A stretch of DNA of 64,000 bases, from contig NC_045138.2 of the NCBI RefSeq assembly GCF_008831285.2, positions 26,660,001 through 26,724,000 on the forward strand. Direction: 5' to 3'. Source of the stretch: Nymphaea colorata. Taxonomy: Eukaryota. Shown here in pieces: positions 1-14,400 of this stretch (the first letter of the stretch is position 1; each line of letters opens with the position of its first letter). A program made the position numbers and the translations under genes. The notes beneath the pieces were generated by a model. It searched no databases, was not told where the DNA came from, and was given only the letters and a program-made list of their open reading frames with translations.

Positions 1-1899
1 TCTCACAGCAATTTTGAAAAAAAAAAAAAGTTTAATATTTACATTTGCAAATGCTCCCCAAGTCTAGGCTTAACCATCTTGTTTCTGCCTGTTCTTAGTT
101 GAGATCTCTTGACGCACATGTACTACATGCAGTTAAGTGCAAACGTTATTAATATCCTTAATACTAAATAGAATTCAAATTTTCTACCGAAGATAAAGCA
201 CCTCTGACATAATTTTACTCAGTTATATTCATGTAACTAATATTTCAAGAAAAACAAGAAACCCAGAAATCTAGAATCAGTACTAAATACATAATACATT
301 ATATGAGCGCCTATATGCATCATGGAGCATGTACATTCGATAATAAATGCATAATGAATTATTTCATATTTGAAACTTAGTGCATTTGTATATATACATC
401 ATTAAAGTTGTATTATAAAGTATATTAATTCTCTATTGCTACATATTACAAATTCTCACCCTTCTGAGTGAGCAGAGACTCGTGTTTAATAGCGAAATAA
501 TTGTTTAAGAGGCTAAATAGTTTTCTTTTGCAGTTCGCACTGACAAATACTTTCCGGGTTGCAAGTAAAAATTAGTGTTGGAATCAACATTCAGATGTTG
601 AAGCAACATCAATATTTGTTTAATAAAAGTAAAACATCTCTTGGGTTTGTTACTTATAAAAGAGTTAATATATATGCAATAACAATCTATGCAAAATTTC
701 TATATCCATATTATGCGTATGTGAGTGTTATACATAGATATATATGGAGTGAATACCTTAGATACCTTGACGATATAGTTCCTTAAGAAAAAGAAAACTT
801 GAATAATTCCTTATGTTCATAATCTCTCCTGGTTCTGATAATTGCGAATTGTTTTGTTCCATTTAGCAAACACCAATCGAGTCACCACTGATCTGTAAGA
901 AGGATTTTCTGGCAAAAAATCATTATTTAACTGTAAATGAAAAACGTTTTGAAAGAAACAATTCAGAAGAGAAGTCTTGTCAAATATTCAACCATGCTGA
1001 ATCCATTCCAATATGATAAAAAGAATTGGCAACACAAGCTCTGCGAGGTGGATATAAGGATAGGATCGAATCTTCCTTCAAGTCTTCCAAGCAGAAGCAG
1101 ATCGCCCTTGAGGTTAAACTGCAGCCCTGTCTTCATTTGAAACTCCATGGCTGCCATGTGCTTGTTTCTTAGTTGGTTGATCTTTGGAAGAAGATGGATC
1201 ACAGCACATATTGCACTATATACCTACATGAGGCTTTGAGAAATGATTGTGACTTACCAGTGCAAGATTTGGAGATGCATATATGTCTTTTACCTCCTGC
1301 CTTCCTACTTCATGGATCGATCAGAAGGTGGTAGATGAGGACGAAGAAGTCGACTGAATCGCGAAAAATTAAAGGGTTTGTCTTCTTGGTTGTTCCTCAT
1401 CTATCAATGAGCACAAACCCTAAGGCAATGGTCAGCAGGACTGGCAGGTTCTCCCAGGTACTTCAGTTGTATCTCAATTATACCCAAAGCTGGAATACTT
1501 GCTCCACACACATAGAACTTGAAATTGTGTCCCTTGAAGTCCTTTTCTATTTAGGTGAAGTACTATAAAAGAAAGGCACACAACAGTGACAGAGACTTTT
1601 CGTCACTAAAAATTCCGATATATAGCAGGGAAAGTTTGGGTTATTGAAGGAAAAGAATTATATTTGATGTATTGAAAGAGAACCATGAGTAAATCTTGGC
1701 ATTTGCTAGCAACAAGTGTTTCTTATGCCTGTCTTGATGTTTGACTTAAGACCTTCAAGTATAATTCAACATTAGAACAAGTCACTAGGCATAAGCCTGT
1801 AGGGATTTGTCTAACCCTAGCTAACTTACTACTCTCTCTTTCTCTACATAAAGTGAGGCATTTGGGCAATTAGTAGATCCATTCATCTTAATGGTCGAT

Positions 1900-2250
1900 A
1901 ATTAGGTTTTATTTAGTGTTAAATGAGCTTTCTTTAGATCAGATAATGCCAGGAGATGCACTCATAAGTTGAATTGAATTTTTGACCTTCTTCAACTTGA
2001 AGCTCTTGAGCCAAACATCTACCCAAGTGGGTAGAACTCCTTTTGGGGAATGGGGATGGTAATCTGGCTACTATTCAAATACAACTTTCATTAATTGAGC
2101 TCTCTTGTCAATCTAGCTTCCAATTTCCTTCAAAACAAGAAATACTGCTTAGGCTTAAACACAGTTTATAAACTTCAAAGATCACCTTTGGATCTTTCAA
2201 GTTTGAGACGGTACTGCCTTTGGATGTATACATTCATTAATATACCTAGA
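1900..2250 (-). mobile_element. Possible degenerate LINE 3' fragment
   Basis: Minus-strand PTWVDVWLKSFKLKK...SASPGII*SKE loosely resembles the LINE 'W...W...P..I.W.IWKERN' region. Confidence 0.3.
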
Positions 2251-5009
2251 TAATGTCAAAAGTCTAATTATACACAGTTCTACAAACATCAATTTCAGTG
2301 CATTCAATTGCTTCTCATCTAATTGCTTAATACTTTTGGCATGAGAACGATGGGGATAACGGCGATGAGATCGATGATATTATGTTGTGGTTGTGGTGAT
2401 ATACGTACTGAAGAAATATACAGCTTTATGAGTGTCATGTTAGGACCATGAAAAAGAAAGCGGGCTCCAGGAAACGGTTTTCTATCTGAAAAAGCATTTA
2501 TATATGCCTCTTTTCTATTATCAACGTAATGTTTGAGCAAAACTCTCTCTCTCTCTCTCTCTTGTATTCTCCATTTCTGAACGAGTTTCATGTGAGAAAG
2601 ACTTCTAGAAAGGATCTGTGTCCTTATTCCTTTGGACAACCTTCACATGTGGTCACATTTGGCCCTTATCAGTAATGAGAAAATGAGTTCTAGCTAACCA
2701 GGGCCTTACAATTATTTATCGACATATTTCCATGGTGGAGTTGGTAGCAGCACTAAGATTTGAAATTGAAGCACGTATGGTAGAGATTGTGGTTCCTTAG
2801 CTGATGTGTGTTGATTTTATTTTTTCTCTATAAATGAAGAGGACCACCCAATTGTTTAGATGTATATATCGCATCACCCAACTTGCATGGTCCATGTTCG
2901 GTTCCCATGAGTTATCACCAGTTTTTTTCTTTGTACAAACACCACAATTTGGCTTCTTTATGATCAACAGGCAAGTTTCTACGCTGCTCTCGGCTTCTGC
3001 ACTCGAACTTAAATTATATTATATTGTTAACTGTTCTTGTTAGTGGCGGAGCCAATAATTTTTTGTTGGGAGCCGAATTCTAGTTTTCAAAATTCTTTTA
3101 TAAGGGCTGAAATATATTTTTCAAAACTTTTAGAGGGGCCAAAGCCTTTAGTTTTCCTTTTTTCAAAATCAAAATCAAGGGGAGGGCTGCCAAAGGGTTA
3201 GATATAGTAAAACGAGCCCGCATCTAATGAAATCCGCAGCGGAGCAATTGGATTCAGTCTTATACCAACTTGTCATATGTCATACACTATTTATTTTTTA
3301 TTATTCTAAATATTTAAAAAAAATTTCCTTGTTCTAAGTAGTGTTTTTGTCAATTCATGAGCAATTCAGTTGCATCTATCTGTTCAATTCAATTTTTTAT
3401 TCTTACAACACTAAGTTGGTCATCCTCACTATGTAATTTTTTTTTTTCCATTGACAGAAAATGCAATAATTGACAGGTGGAGGTGCCTGGACAATGAAAA
3501 AGGCTGATGAGTCAGCAAAGGCGGGCAGGGCGATAGGGCCACGTAGGCGGCACTTTTTCGCCGATTCATGGACCCACCTTCCTTTATGAGTCCTGTCCAA
3601 CACTGTTTTGGATGAGGAGGCCAAGTAAGCCTGCACTTTTTCTGCTGACTGTGCACACCCAAGTGATAACATTTGCCTCTCCTGAGCAACATTATCAACA
3701 ATCCTTCTTACTGGATCACACACACACACAAACACAGGCCAATGAATGACTAGAAGTTAAAGGGCATTGCTTTACTTGAGGGAACTCTGATGTGACTTCT
3801 GATTCCTGGTTGCTCACCTTTTTGGGGTTCAAGGCCGAGAACGGGGATCCACTGCTCGAGTCGAGCACTTGTATCACCAAGCCTTACGAGGACAACATCA
3901 TGAAAAACTCCGGCAATAGAGCGGTAAACTGAAGTTTATTGATCCAAGGTCTTAACTTACTTTCTCTCCAAGAATCTCAAACAGTTTTGATTTTGTGAAA
4001 ACTGAAAATTCTGGACCAGGAAATGAATTAAGAAGCTTTACTACAGCAAGTTACAACTTGGAGAGTTCTACGAATCCTAATTATTTGCTCCTGGATTTGT
4101 CGATCTGAAAAGTTTTTCCGGCAACCGTACATGCCCTGAATGATATTGCCCGTATCTCAATTAAAGAACCTATACATCATGGCCAAGGCTGCTTTTGGGT
4201 CCATAACCTTTGGAATGTGACATCTGAGAACGTGAAATATTTTGCCGTTTAGTATAGCATAAAAATGATTCAAATCTAAGATAAGGACCTTCCTTGTCAG
4301 CCAGGGGCCTTCCTTCTTATCCTAGATCTTATTCCATGTGAAGAGGGCCACACAGGCACGGTGACTGCATGTGGATGGCTAAGCACATCCATACCTCATG
4401 GATTCCAAAGGACTGGAGAAGATGAGGAGTGCTTAGATCTGAAACATGGGAAACCCCTACCTTCACATAAAATATATATTATCATGATGAGCAGAATATA
4501 CATATATATATTTCTTATATATGAGAACTATATATATTATTTATTTATGTATTTATTTGTAAAGATGCTTCCCTTGCCTTTGTTGGCAGTGGGTTTGCTT
4601 CATTTAGGTAAGGGTCACCATTGAATGAACTATATATTTCAGTCTTACACGTTTTCTTCATAGTTTATCAGATTTAGTCATGAACACGAAGCACTATTTC
4701 TACTGATTTTTCTTTGTTCATTTGGTAAGTAGAACAAGAAAACTTTTCCTCTATCTCTCTCTCCCTACCCCTCTCCCTCTCTATCTATTCATTGATTGAT
4801 CATGTGAAGGACTTTCGTTAAATTTCGTGCAAGTTATATCTAAATGCGGTCGCTTTTGTCAGAGCTCGCATTGACTGAATTCCTAGTGGATAGACTCAGG
4901 TGTTGTCCCACGCATTTACGTGGAGGTGACAAAGAATTGCTGAGAATCAAAGACTTCCTATTCAAACGATAAGAGACAGCTTATTCATTTTGCTGCTCTC
5001 TTTTCTTAG

Positions 5010-5047
<38 letters not shown>

Positions 5048-5314
5048 CTTGACACCAAGAGTATGAAACTTGTAGTAAAGCATGAACTCATGAAGTGTTG
5101 GTATTGGGATTTAGATTATGAGGGACTTTGCGTGCACGAAAGGCGAAGTGACAATGGGGTATTTGATTTGATGTGATCCATCCCCAACAACGTTCACAGC
5201 CCCATTTTTTTTTCTTTCTTAATTTACGTTGGAAGAAAACTTATATTATGCAAATATGTGTTTTCAGCATGTTGGTGACAATAAATTGAGAACAGCGATA
5301 CGTTTGATTTATAA

Positions 5315-5698
5315 CATGGTCACCAAAAAAAATTATCGTGTTTTAAACAGTGAGGTTTTTTTTGGTATAATAATGCGAGCTTTAAAAAAGTAATGAGGTC
5401 AATTTTTAAAAAATTAAAAAATAAAAATGAGAAGAAAATAAAATAAGTGAAAAACTAATAACCCAAACATAAAAAATAAGTAGATCTGCTACACATAAAA
5501 ATTTAAAAATAAAAACAAACGGTTTGGCATTAAAAATGTGAAAAATGAATAAAATAAACAAAGGAAAAAACGAAAAAAAGAAGAAAAAACGTGTTTTTGT
5601 TCACGTTCAGCGTTACTTTTAAAGTTTTAAACAGTTGATTTATTTGCTGCATTTAATTTTTTTTTTTTTGGAAAAAAAAACACGTTTTTGGTGACTAA
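5315..5698. mobile_element. hAT-type MITE, same family in opposite orientation
   Basis: CATGGTCACCAAAAA ... TTTTTGGTGACTA. The interior is similar to the reverse complement of the 47554 and 63410 copies. Imperfect 8-bp TSD (ATTTATAA/ATGTATAC). Confidence 0.75.
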
Positions 5699-5877
5699 AT
5701 GTATACTAATGACGGTAACCTACTAACCACGGTTAGAGTAACAATAGGATGGAATTAGGTGAAGTATTATGGGCTTCTTGCTTCAAATTCAGTTTCACAT
5801 TGATGGGTAGGTGACCCAAGAGTTAGTGATTGATTTCTCTGTGAGAAGAAACGACCAGGAAGGACGGATTTCTCAAT

Positions 5878-5913
<36 letters not shown>

Positions 5914-7979
5914 TATATATATTGACAGTTGATCAACTGATCGATGAATGATGGGGTGCTGACAATGGGGCTGGTGATGTTGTTGACAGATATTCAGCTA
6001 GATTACTGAGGGACCCTCCTTCGCCGGCCATTGAATTTTTATCAGTACTTTGAGAGCAACAGCAGCCTAATCTCATTTTTAATGCAATTGCTGACTAATA
6101 GCGAGAGAAAGATTATTAGCAAGCAGCAGACGCGAAACCGAACTCTTTGTAGTACAAAAAGAGGAAATTGTGTGGTGACAGAGACCCCAGACCACAAATA
6201 TTTTTCACAGTATCGTCCTTGTAAATTGGTTGGTCGCCGATCTTCCTTTGTTTCTCATAGTTTCCTGTCAAAATAAGTCATTCCACCAAAAAAAATCAAC
6301 ATGTCTTCATTGCATGCCAATTAGTGTGATTGAAGAATAAAAGTAAGAAAATAGGCGCAGACCAACATCAAGTGATAATTTTCCTAGTAGATTGATTGCC
6401 ATTTTCGTGGCGATTTTCAGTCCCACCTAAATCTGTCCATCAAGAATTCAATTCCATGAAATTTTTCAACGGGGCCCTGGGGTTTCTTTGTCGCAGGAAA
6501 ATGAAAAGGGAGGTGTGGAAAGGTAGGATTCTTCTTGTCAAACAATATCAATATGGGCCCTTCTGCTTTATCCTGCCATGGATGAGAATGCCATGCAAGC
6601 AACAACACCCTTTTTGCCTGACTCTACAGTAAAGCCACACATAACTTTCTGTCTGCTCTCGGAAATTCTCTTCGAGGAACGAATCTGTTCCTGAATGAAC
6701 AATACCCCATCATGGAGTACTACATGGTTTTAAATGTTGGTTGCTAGGATATAAACAAATTGATCATGTTTAAAGAATGAAGAAAGGGGACATGGAGCCG
6801 TGTTGGTGTTACTCTCTGCAGTATTATTACAGTGACTTAACTATTCTTGTTGTTTGGATGCCCGTAGAGAAAATATATGCGGCCATGCTGTGGTTGGCCG
6901 TTGATGTGATATTCATAGATAGAAGAAATTTGTACAAGAACTGCTCAAGTTTTGGTAGAATAACAAACCATGCTTTGGTTTTGATTTATTTTATTAAACC
7001 TACCTTAGACTAGGTAGGTAGTAGGCAGATAATTAATAAAAGATCAGATCCAAACTTAAATCTTGTTTTCATAGAATTCAAGTTCACCATAAAAAAGATT
7101 ATGATCGAACATCGTAAAGTTCAACAAAAATTGGTTTCCTGTCCAGTTTCTTCCTGCGAAGTTGTTCAATCCCAAACCACTCTTGTTCTTAGTAAAGAAT
7201 TTTATTCTCTTTCCAGATGTCTGGTACTCTATGTAATATTATTAATTGACATGCCAATAATGCTAAACCTACTAGCATCGCTTAGTCATGCAATATTTCA
7301 TTTTGTTTTCACTGTCAAAGCTCTTTGATTCAACTAACTTTGAGGCCAATATTAAAAATAATTGATGATGATTACTACCCTGATATCAAAGGCTATCTCT
7401 CTTTCTCTCTCACACGCATATCACAGTAACGGCGATAGAAATTTCGAAGAAAATGGCAGGTAGTTGGCAATCAAGATCATCTGCAAGAACCAAGAACAGT
7501 AACATTAAGTTCTGGGCTCAAATGTCAGACTTTCCATGTTCTTGCGGACACAGTTTCCTCCATAGGAATGTTGATCTTATCTTTGAGACTCTGAAGCGTC
7601 GATCGCTCAAGTATTCTATACTTGCACGCATTGTAAGACGCCCACATGTTCCAGCTTGATTTAGACTTTCTGAATGTGATCAGTACTAGCTACCTTTTCC
7701 TGTTATTAATTTCCTTGTTCATTTGCTCCTCATGCCACTAGAAAAAACTCTATATATCAATATCCCAATACTTCAGAACACGTGGCTATGTATGCCATAT
7801 AAAAAGTAAAGACTACTCGGGCACTCGCCTCCACCAAAACTTCTGTCATCTCATTAATAATGCTACCTAGGAATAAGATCATGCATGGAATAAAATTTCC
7901 CAAGGACTTCAATGGCCCACATCATCCATATCTATATATCTATGTGTATGTGCATTATCCGCTGCCACGTCCTTCTTTT

Positions 7980-7980
<1 letters not shown>

Positions 7981-8047
<67 letters not shown>
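7981..8047. repeat. (CA)n(TA)n microsatellite
   Basis: Long AT dinucleotide run. Further (TA)n runs at ~5011-5045, 5881-5922, 14717-14746, 43738-43781, 46536-46565 and 52717-52741, and (CT)n at ~2543-2562 and 15739-15758. Confidence 0.95.
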
Positions 8048-8048
<1 letters not shown>

Positions 8049-8068
8049 CATGCCCCACCCCACACACA

Positions 8069-8242
8069 TAGTAGCGGAGCCACATGGTGGCTGGTGTGGG
8101 CAGTTTCACACCAGTTTCACAAAATTAGTTTAATATATATGTTCATGTTTTGATAAATTTAATTGTTATACATATAAATGCTCCAAACAAATTAAAGACA
8201 TGAAATGAGTGCTCCACCAAAATAAATTTCTGGCTCCGTTAG
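8069..8242. mobile_element. hAT-type MITE remnant (CAGTGGCGGAGCC family)
   Basis: TAGTAGCGGAGCCAC ... TTTCTGGCTCCGTTA inverted ends, with an interior similar to the 50166-50344 copy. Confidence 0.6.
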
Positions 8243-11230
8243 ACAACACATGGACATGAACACACACTGCATGATGATTAACCGTATATGAGGACTGTGC
8301 ACACAGTTTAGTCAACGTTGATTAAACTACTTCTTGAAAGTTAACTTTTTGATATTTTATAAAGTGCTAGGAGAAAACATTTAACTTATTTCTTGAAAGT
8401 TAAAAATATTATTCACCATCTATTTTTGGCAAAAAAACTTTACATGCAGTACATTGTGAGGCATCAATCAAGTTTATTAATTTACCGGTTTATATATAAC
8501 CAATACATTACGTTTACTTAGTTTATAAATTCCATTAATCCTATATTTTAATTGTGAATATAAATAATTCTAGACTTAAATTAATGGAAATTAGTAACTA
8601 CAATTTTTTTTGTTGCTGCTGCGAAAACAAACTATAAATTTGTGCTTAAAAGTTGATCTTGCAAGAAGGCAAATCAGGTAACGATCGGAAGGCAAGGTAA
8701 TAGTTTGTACATTCCGAGGCCCGTCAGGAGTTATGGCAAAGAAGATCAGGTCCTCTTCAACGTCGACCTGCAACCAAATGGAATTTTCAGAATCTTCGAC
8801 CATGTTATTCTGAAAAGCTATACGGGAAGTCATGAAAGGTTCCAAAAGTAATTGTAATTTCAGTTTAGAACACACAAATAAATTTCCATGGTTTCCTTAG
8901 GAAGGGAATAAAATTACTCTACTTTAAAATTAATTCTTAATCTATATAGAAGATTTTATCTTAAGTTTCAATGTCTGCAGTTCTCGGTTTCAGGGGTTTG
9001 CTTACAATCTATATAGACATAAGAGTTCATGAAACGAATATTAAATGCCTTTCAATGCAAGGAACAAAGCCTTGTATATGTCAAAGGATTTAATAAATAA
9101 TCTAGTCCCCAATTCGGGCATAACATAAGATAAAATGGTCGACTTTCATGCCCTTCGATCCGATCGACCTACCCGAGAATAGATTGAAGGGCCAGGTCCT
9201 ATAGGTGCCCTCCGCAATGTCAAGTGTATTTTGAAGCATTAAAGTTGTATAGAGCCACATGTAAGCAACTGTGGGCAGTTGCCCGCACAAGCCCCGTAAC
9301 ATTTTTTTATATATGTTCATATCGATCTATTCAATTTTTCGAAAATAAAAAGAAAAATGAGTTTCTCGGAGAAAACAAAAAAACAATGTAACAGGAGAAT
9401 ATGGCGTTATTTTTATCATGGGTAGCAGCTCAATAGCGCTGCCCGATCATAGTATACATTATTTTATCATTTTGTGATTATATTTTTGCAATATTCGATG
9501 TCTGATGTTGATTCACTACGTTCGCTGATATTCTTCTCAAAAAATTCTCAAAAACTTTGCTTATGATATTCCAATATTGGTTCTTCATAAGAAAGAAAGC
9601 TGTGGACCAAAGGCTGGCACAGATCAAAGCGGGAGAACAATTAATTTAGGTATGAGTGTTCTAAATTGTGAGTGTTCTATGAATTATCTGTTCTAAGATT
9701 GTGACAGATTCATAGAACACCTGCTGATGTTTTGAGCCTTTCTATCAGTTGTGAAAGCTTCCAAAGATCGTAACATGTATATATGCCTTGAACGTATTGC
9801 TAGAATGCTGATCAAGATCTTACCTCTTGATTAGCAGTGTATTATTCCATGTACATGGAATTCTTCAGTCCCATCCTCTGAATTGCAAAGGCTGAATACG
9901 CATTGGAGTTTCTCTATGCATGTAATGAAACCCTTATCAAACATTAAACGCCCAATCATATCAGTTAAACCATTAAAAGAATTAATCGAAAGGAAATAAT
10001 GTTTAATGAAGCCACAGACACATGGTTATGTGCCAACATTATGCAAAGGTCAGAAATAAAATCTACACATGAGAAAATCTAGATAAGTTTCCTGATGGAT
10101 GATATATATACCTCTGTATTCTCTTGGTGGAATGCCTTTCCAACCCATTCTTGTAAGAGGGATCCCAACTTGATATGTCCATAGCCCTTGCCTGCAGGAG
10201 ACACGTGTGGGCAATTGACCACACAGTCCAATAAAATGCCCCTCAAAAATATGGTGAATGCCCCTCAGCTAAATATATTCGGCTCCGTCGCTGCTCTATA
10301 TATGGAGTTTGCAAATCTCAGTGGAGGAGTTGAGTCTGAAACTCAAACTTTTTTCTCTTTTTCCTCTCATCTCTTTCATTTCATGTTTGGTGCCGAATTG
10401 GAATTCGGCACCATCTGAAGATGCTTCTCGGCCCATTACCCGATCGATTCGCATGGCCTTGCAGGTAGATCAAAATTTTTTTTCGAGTCAGCCTCCAGAT
10501 CTAGGTGGCCATGTATTTGCACAGTGACGCCAAATTGTGGTGGTGGTGTTCCAATTTGGATGAAGTTCTCTAGTGGCTCTTCTCCTTATAAACAAAGAAA
10601 GCCAGCTAAGCTTTCACCTTTCATGTGAAACCTCAAAGGTGGCCTTTTAGAAGATATATATGTGAGGAAACAATGGTTCCTATCTTGACTTGTTTGATCA
10701 ATGGACTTTGAATGCATGTAATTGAATGTAAGTCCTATATATTCAGTGATTATTCCTTTTATGACTTGATATTTAGGGCACGTAATCAAGTCAGATGTAC
10801 CCTTAAGCATACCCTATTTAACATATTCTCAAATGATGAAAACTCAAACAATGTCCGAGTTTCATTTTTAATTTTACAGTCCGAAAACGATCCAAATCTG
10901 ACTTTAACATGCAAAGGTACTGAACATACAACTGAATCCGGATCACATCATAACGTAGAAACCGACTTTTAGAGTGTATCGACAGTGCATGTCGGATATA
11001 TATTTCAAACTAAATCCAAATTCAATCAAATGTTTATTTGAAATTGAATCCCAAACCAATGAGATAATTCCTCAAATTCGAACCCATTATCTGATTTCTT
11101 AGTCGGATGTCTAATTTTACAACATATCCCTCACAGCATATGGGTTCACGACATACATAAAGTTTGACCTCCCAGGTCCTTTTTTTTTTTTTTTTTTGAG
11201 GGGGTTTGTGTTATAGGAAAACTGCACTAA

Positions 11231-11633
11231 GAGCCTGTTTGGTAGGAGGGAAAGGGAGGGAAAGGAATGGATGGAAAAGGAGGGAAAGGAATGGGAAGGG
11301 AAGAGAAAGGGAAGGGAAAGGAATGAAATGGAAAGGAATGGAAAGAGTGATTAAAAAGGTTGTTTGGATAGAAAGAGAAGGGAAATGAATGGAATAAAAA
11401 AAAAGACTAAATAGCACATAAATTTAGAAATGGGTGAAAGAAAAGGAGGGGTAGTGTGGGAACAAAAAACTTTTTCACTTACTTTCTTTCCTTTCCTTCC
11501 CAATCCGTTCGATTTGGGAGAGGAGAGATTTACACTAAACAATCCCTCCCTTTCCTTTCTTTTCCTTTTCCTCCCCTTGCAACCAAACACGTCTTGCCCC
11601 TTTCCCTTCCTTTCCCTCCTACCAAACAGGCCC
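11231..11633. mobile_element. PIF/Harbinger (Tourist-like) MITE
   Basis: TIRs GAGCCTGTTTGGTAGGAGGGAAAGG ... CCTTTCCCTCCTACCAAACAGGCCC (24/25 match), flanked by a TAA TSD at 11228-11230 and 11634-11636. The left arm is GA-rich and the right arm CT-rich. Confidence 0.92.
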
Positions 11634-11820
11634 TAAATTCAAAGAATTTTAGATTTTTAGGGCACTATTATATACAAAATAAGAAATTGGTTGAGGTCAA
11701 TGACATGAAAATCTAAATTTTTTGTGAGATCGTGTGAACGACTGCCTACACATGTTCACATGTAACTAAGAGGAATGGATTGTGCATGTTTACAACATCA
11801 ATTCACCCCATACTAACTGC

Positions 11821-12086
11821 TAGGCCTCGCGTCAGGCTGCCTGACCTGATAAGAGTTGGGTTCAGGCATGCTCGAAACTCGAGTCTCGGCTCGGCCTGGT
11901 TAAAATAAAAAATATTAGAATACAAAATAAATTTTTTTAATATAAAATATATTTTTATTAATGAAATATATATTATTAATAAAAAATAATATTAAATAAT
12001 TTACCGAACCAATTTTTTTTCTAACCCGATTTTGATCAAGCTAGGTACTGAGTACCTTTGAGTACCCAGCCGGATGCCCAGCCCTA
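11821..12086. mobile_element. hAT-type MITE (TAGGGCTG-like termini)
   Basis: TAGGCCT...CAGCCCTA ends, CCCGA/TCGG-type subterminal motifs, imperfect 8-bp TSD (CTAACTGC/CTAGCGGC). Confidence 0.6.
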
Positions 12087-13099
12087 CTAGCGGCTAGTCT
12101 TAGCCCAACCAGCTATATCAAATCCTTTGGAACTCACAGGAAGGCAGAGCTTGGTTGGGGCCACCTTCTCTTACATTTTCAAAAATAAAAAAAACATGTA
12201 GTTTTTAAAAAAAATATTTAACTTATATAACAATTTTGAAAATTTATTTTTAAGCCCTTGTTGAAATTTTACAACTATAGTTTAACTAATGAATTTTTTT
12301 TTGTTCCACCCCTGCTCACAAGCTTTCCTTGTTAGCTGCACTCTTATGCACATTATGACTTATAGAAGCTGGGTGATTTGCTCTATCACAGGCAGAGACC
12401 AAACTTGGTTATATGCATTACCAGTACACTGGTGTACAAAATTTTCATGCGTCAAAATGGTTACGATGGAAACGCCTTCGTTCACATGAAAAAAGAAAAC
12501 TTTTTGAAAAAACAAATAAAAATCTAAAAAAGCAAAAAAAAACTATGAAAAACCTATTTAAAAAATATTAAAAAATTCCCTTACTCTTACTGCATATGTC
12601 TACGCGGAGACATTATTCCCTTCACGCTGAACGAACACTACTTTAAAGTACATGCCATGGTTTTGAGAACCGGAATCGTTGGTGTGGATGTGAGTTATGT
12701 CCTAGCTAAGGTCTCTCCAGTGTCCAAGCATGGAAGAAGCTTCTTGATGACGAACTAAAGGAATTGGGACACGGTAATCAGGGTGTTGCATGGCGCGGGC
12801 TTGCTGAATCTGCTGATTGATACGTTGTTGGAATGAGCAGTGACAAAGAAAAAGAAGTTGGGAAAGAAATTTTAGAAGATCAGAGCAGTTGAATGTCATA
12901 AGCTTTGGAAGAATACAAAAAACTCAAAAGAATGGCAGCAGCAAAATGATGAAAAAGAAGAAAACTTCAAAAAGAAAAGGGGATGGCAAGATCAGAATCA
13001 TGCCTGTCTCCTTGTTGGATACGATCGACCTGAGCCCATATAAGATGTAAATTCGTATACATTCTTAGTAAATATCTGATATGAGTTCAGATTGATCTT

Positions 13100-14400
13100 A
13101 TCCAACAAGAAGAACTTTAGGGCCAAAATAACTTTAAATTTCTTGATGCTCTTAAAGGAGTTGCGTTTAGACAAAGCCTAGAGATTCACAACAGCTTGGA
13201 AGAGAATACCAAGTAAAGAAAATGTTTACAGGAGCATTGAAAGATACGATTTGTAAAACCTGCAAAGCAGTTGACTGTTCCCAAACCATACTCTTTTAAC
13301 AGTTGCAAAAGGAAAGGAACCGGGGATTGAAAAAATTTTCTTCAAGGATTTCTTCCAGCAGGTGGCGCGGCAGTCATGCAGATATTATCATCTTGCATAG
13401 CAATGAGATTGATGCTATATATGCAAAATTCTTCAACAATAAACTCGTTTGTTCTGCTGATCAGAAAAGTAACCATTTTCTTGTTAACAGTCTGCACCAT
13501 GATCAATTGAATCATGATGTCAGCTGGTCCAAAAGGAATTTTCATTCCTGATTTTCGCCTGCCATTTTAGATTGCTGATCAGATTTGTAATATCTTCCCA
13601 CAGTTTTCCACAAACCACAGCAGATGCCACCTTCTCTTCCTTATGAATGATAGCATTTCTAGTTTTCCAAATTTGCCATGATAACATTGGGAAGGAGAAT
13701 CTCCAACATTTCCTTATGAATTAAGGATTTTTTGACTTTCACACTCCACCAACACTGAACTTTTTTAAAAGAAATTTCCAAATAATCGTAGTCCATTCGC
13801 AGTGAAGAAATTTAGAAAGAACAAGTGTCCTTGCTAGCTGAGAAATGACAACATCGATTAGCAAGATTAACACCAAAATGCTGTAGTCTGTCAAATGTTG
13901 AAAATTTTCTCTTGTAGGATGAGAAATAGTGTTCATTGTTCTCTACTTATAGATCCATTTTTCCAGAACTTCCAAGTTCCGAGTTGCAGTTTCTAAGACC
14001 ATGATAATTGTCTGTTATCGTCAAACTGAGAACAGGAACGCCTCTCCAGGTTAGTAGAACATAAAAGACAGGAGAGAAGATAAAGCCCCTTAGCTACGGT
14101 GAACTTTCCCCGTGTTTGATGGCCTCTTTGTTCTTCAAAGATAACTCCCGTGTGATATGCTTATATCTTTTATCTTCCTTGTATAAGGGTTCTCCATTCC
14201 TCGGAATCAAGATATGAGGGTTTCAGAATATTCTTCACCTGTTCTGGATCAATTATGTACTTCTAGAGACCCATCTTAAGCACCAACTACCAAGTGTCCC
14301 TGCATGGAAAGATCAACTCGAGAAGGATTAACAATTAGCTTCCTTAACAACACTCTGGTCCCTGGAATTCTCCCTTCTGTTCCATGGAGATAGAAAGAGG
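13100..14400 (-). mobile_element. Degenerate L1-type LINE (ORF2 zf-RVT region)
   Basis: Minus-strand translation near 13780-13910 gives FSTFDRLQHFGVNLANRCCHFSASKDTCS / FLHCEWTTIIW, and near 13600-13700 gives LSWQIWKTRNAII. These match the zf-RVT 'T.D.L...G....RC..C....ET..HLF..C.....W' and 'W.IWK.RN' signatures of plant LINEs. Frameshifts and stops are present; boundaries approximate. Confidence 0.8.

Noticed and set aside
7860..8133. ORFs with YIYIYI repeats
   Set aside because: Translations of a (TA)n microsatellite.
9588..9607. AAGAAAGCTGTGGA, complementary to part of miR396
   Set aside because: Only a 14-nt match, with no fold-back partner and not within a recognisable GRF transcript. 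Likely chance.
11206..11716. Overlapping ORFs rich in G/K/R/E or F/P/L
   Set aside because: Translations of the low-complexity arms of the Tourist MITE.
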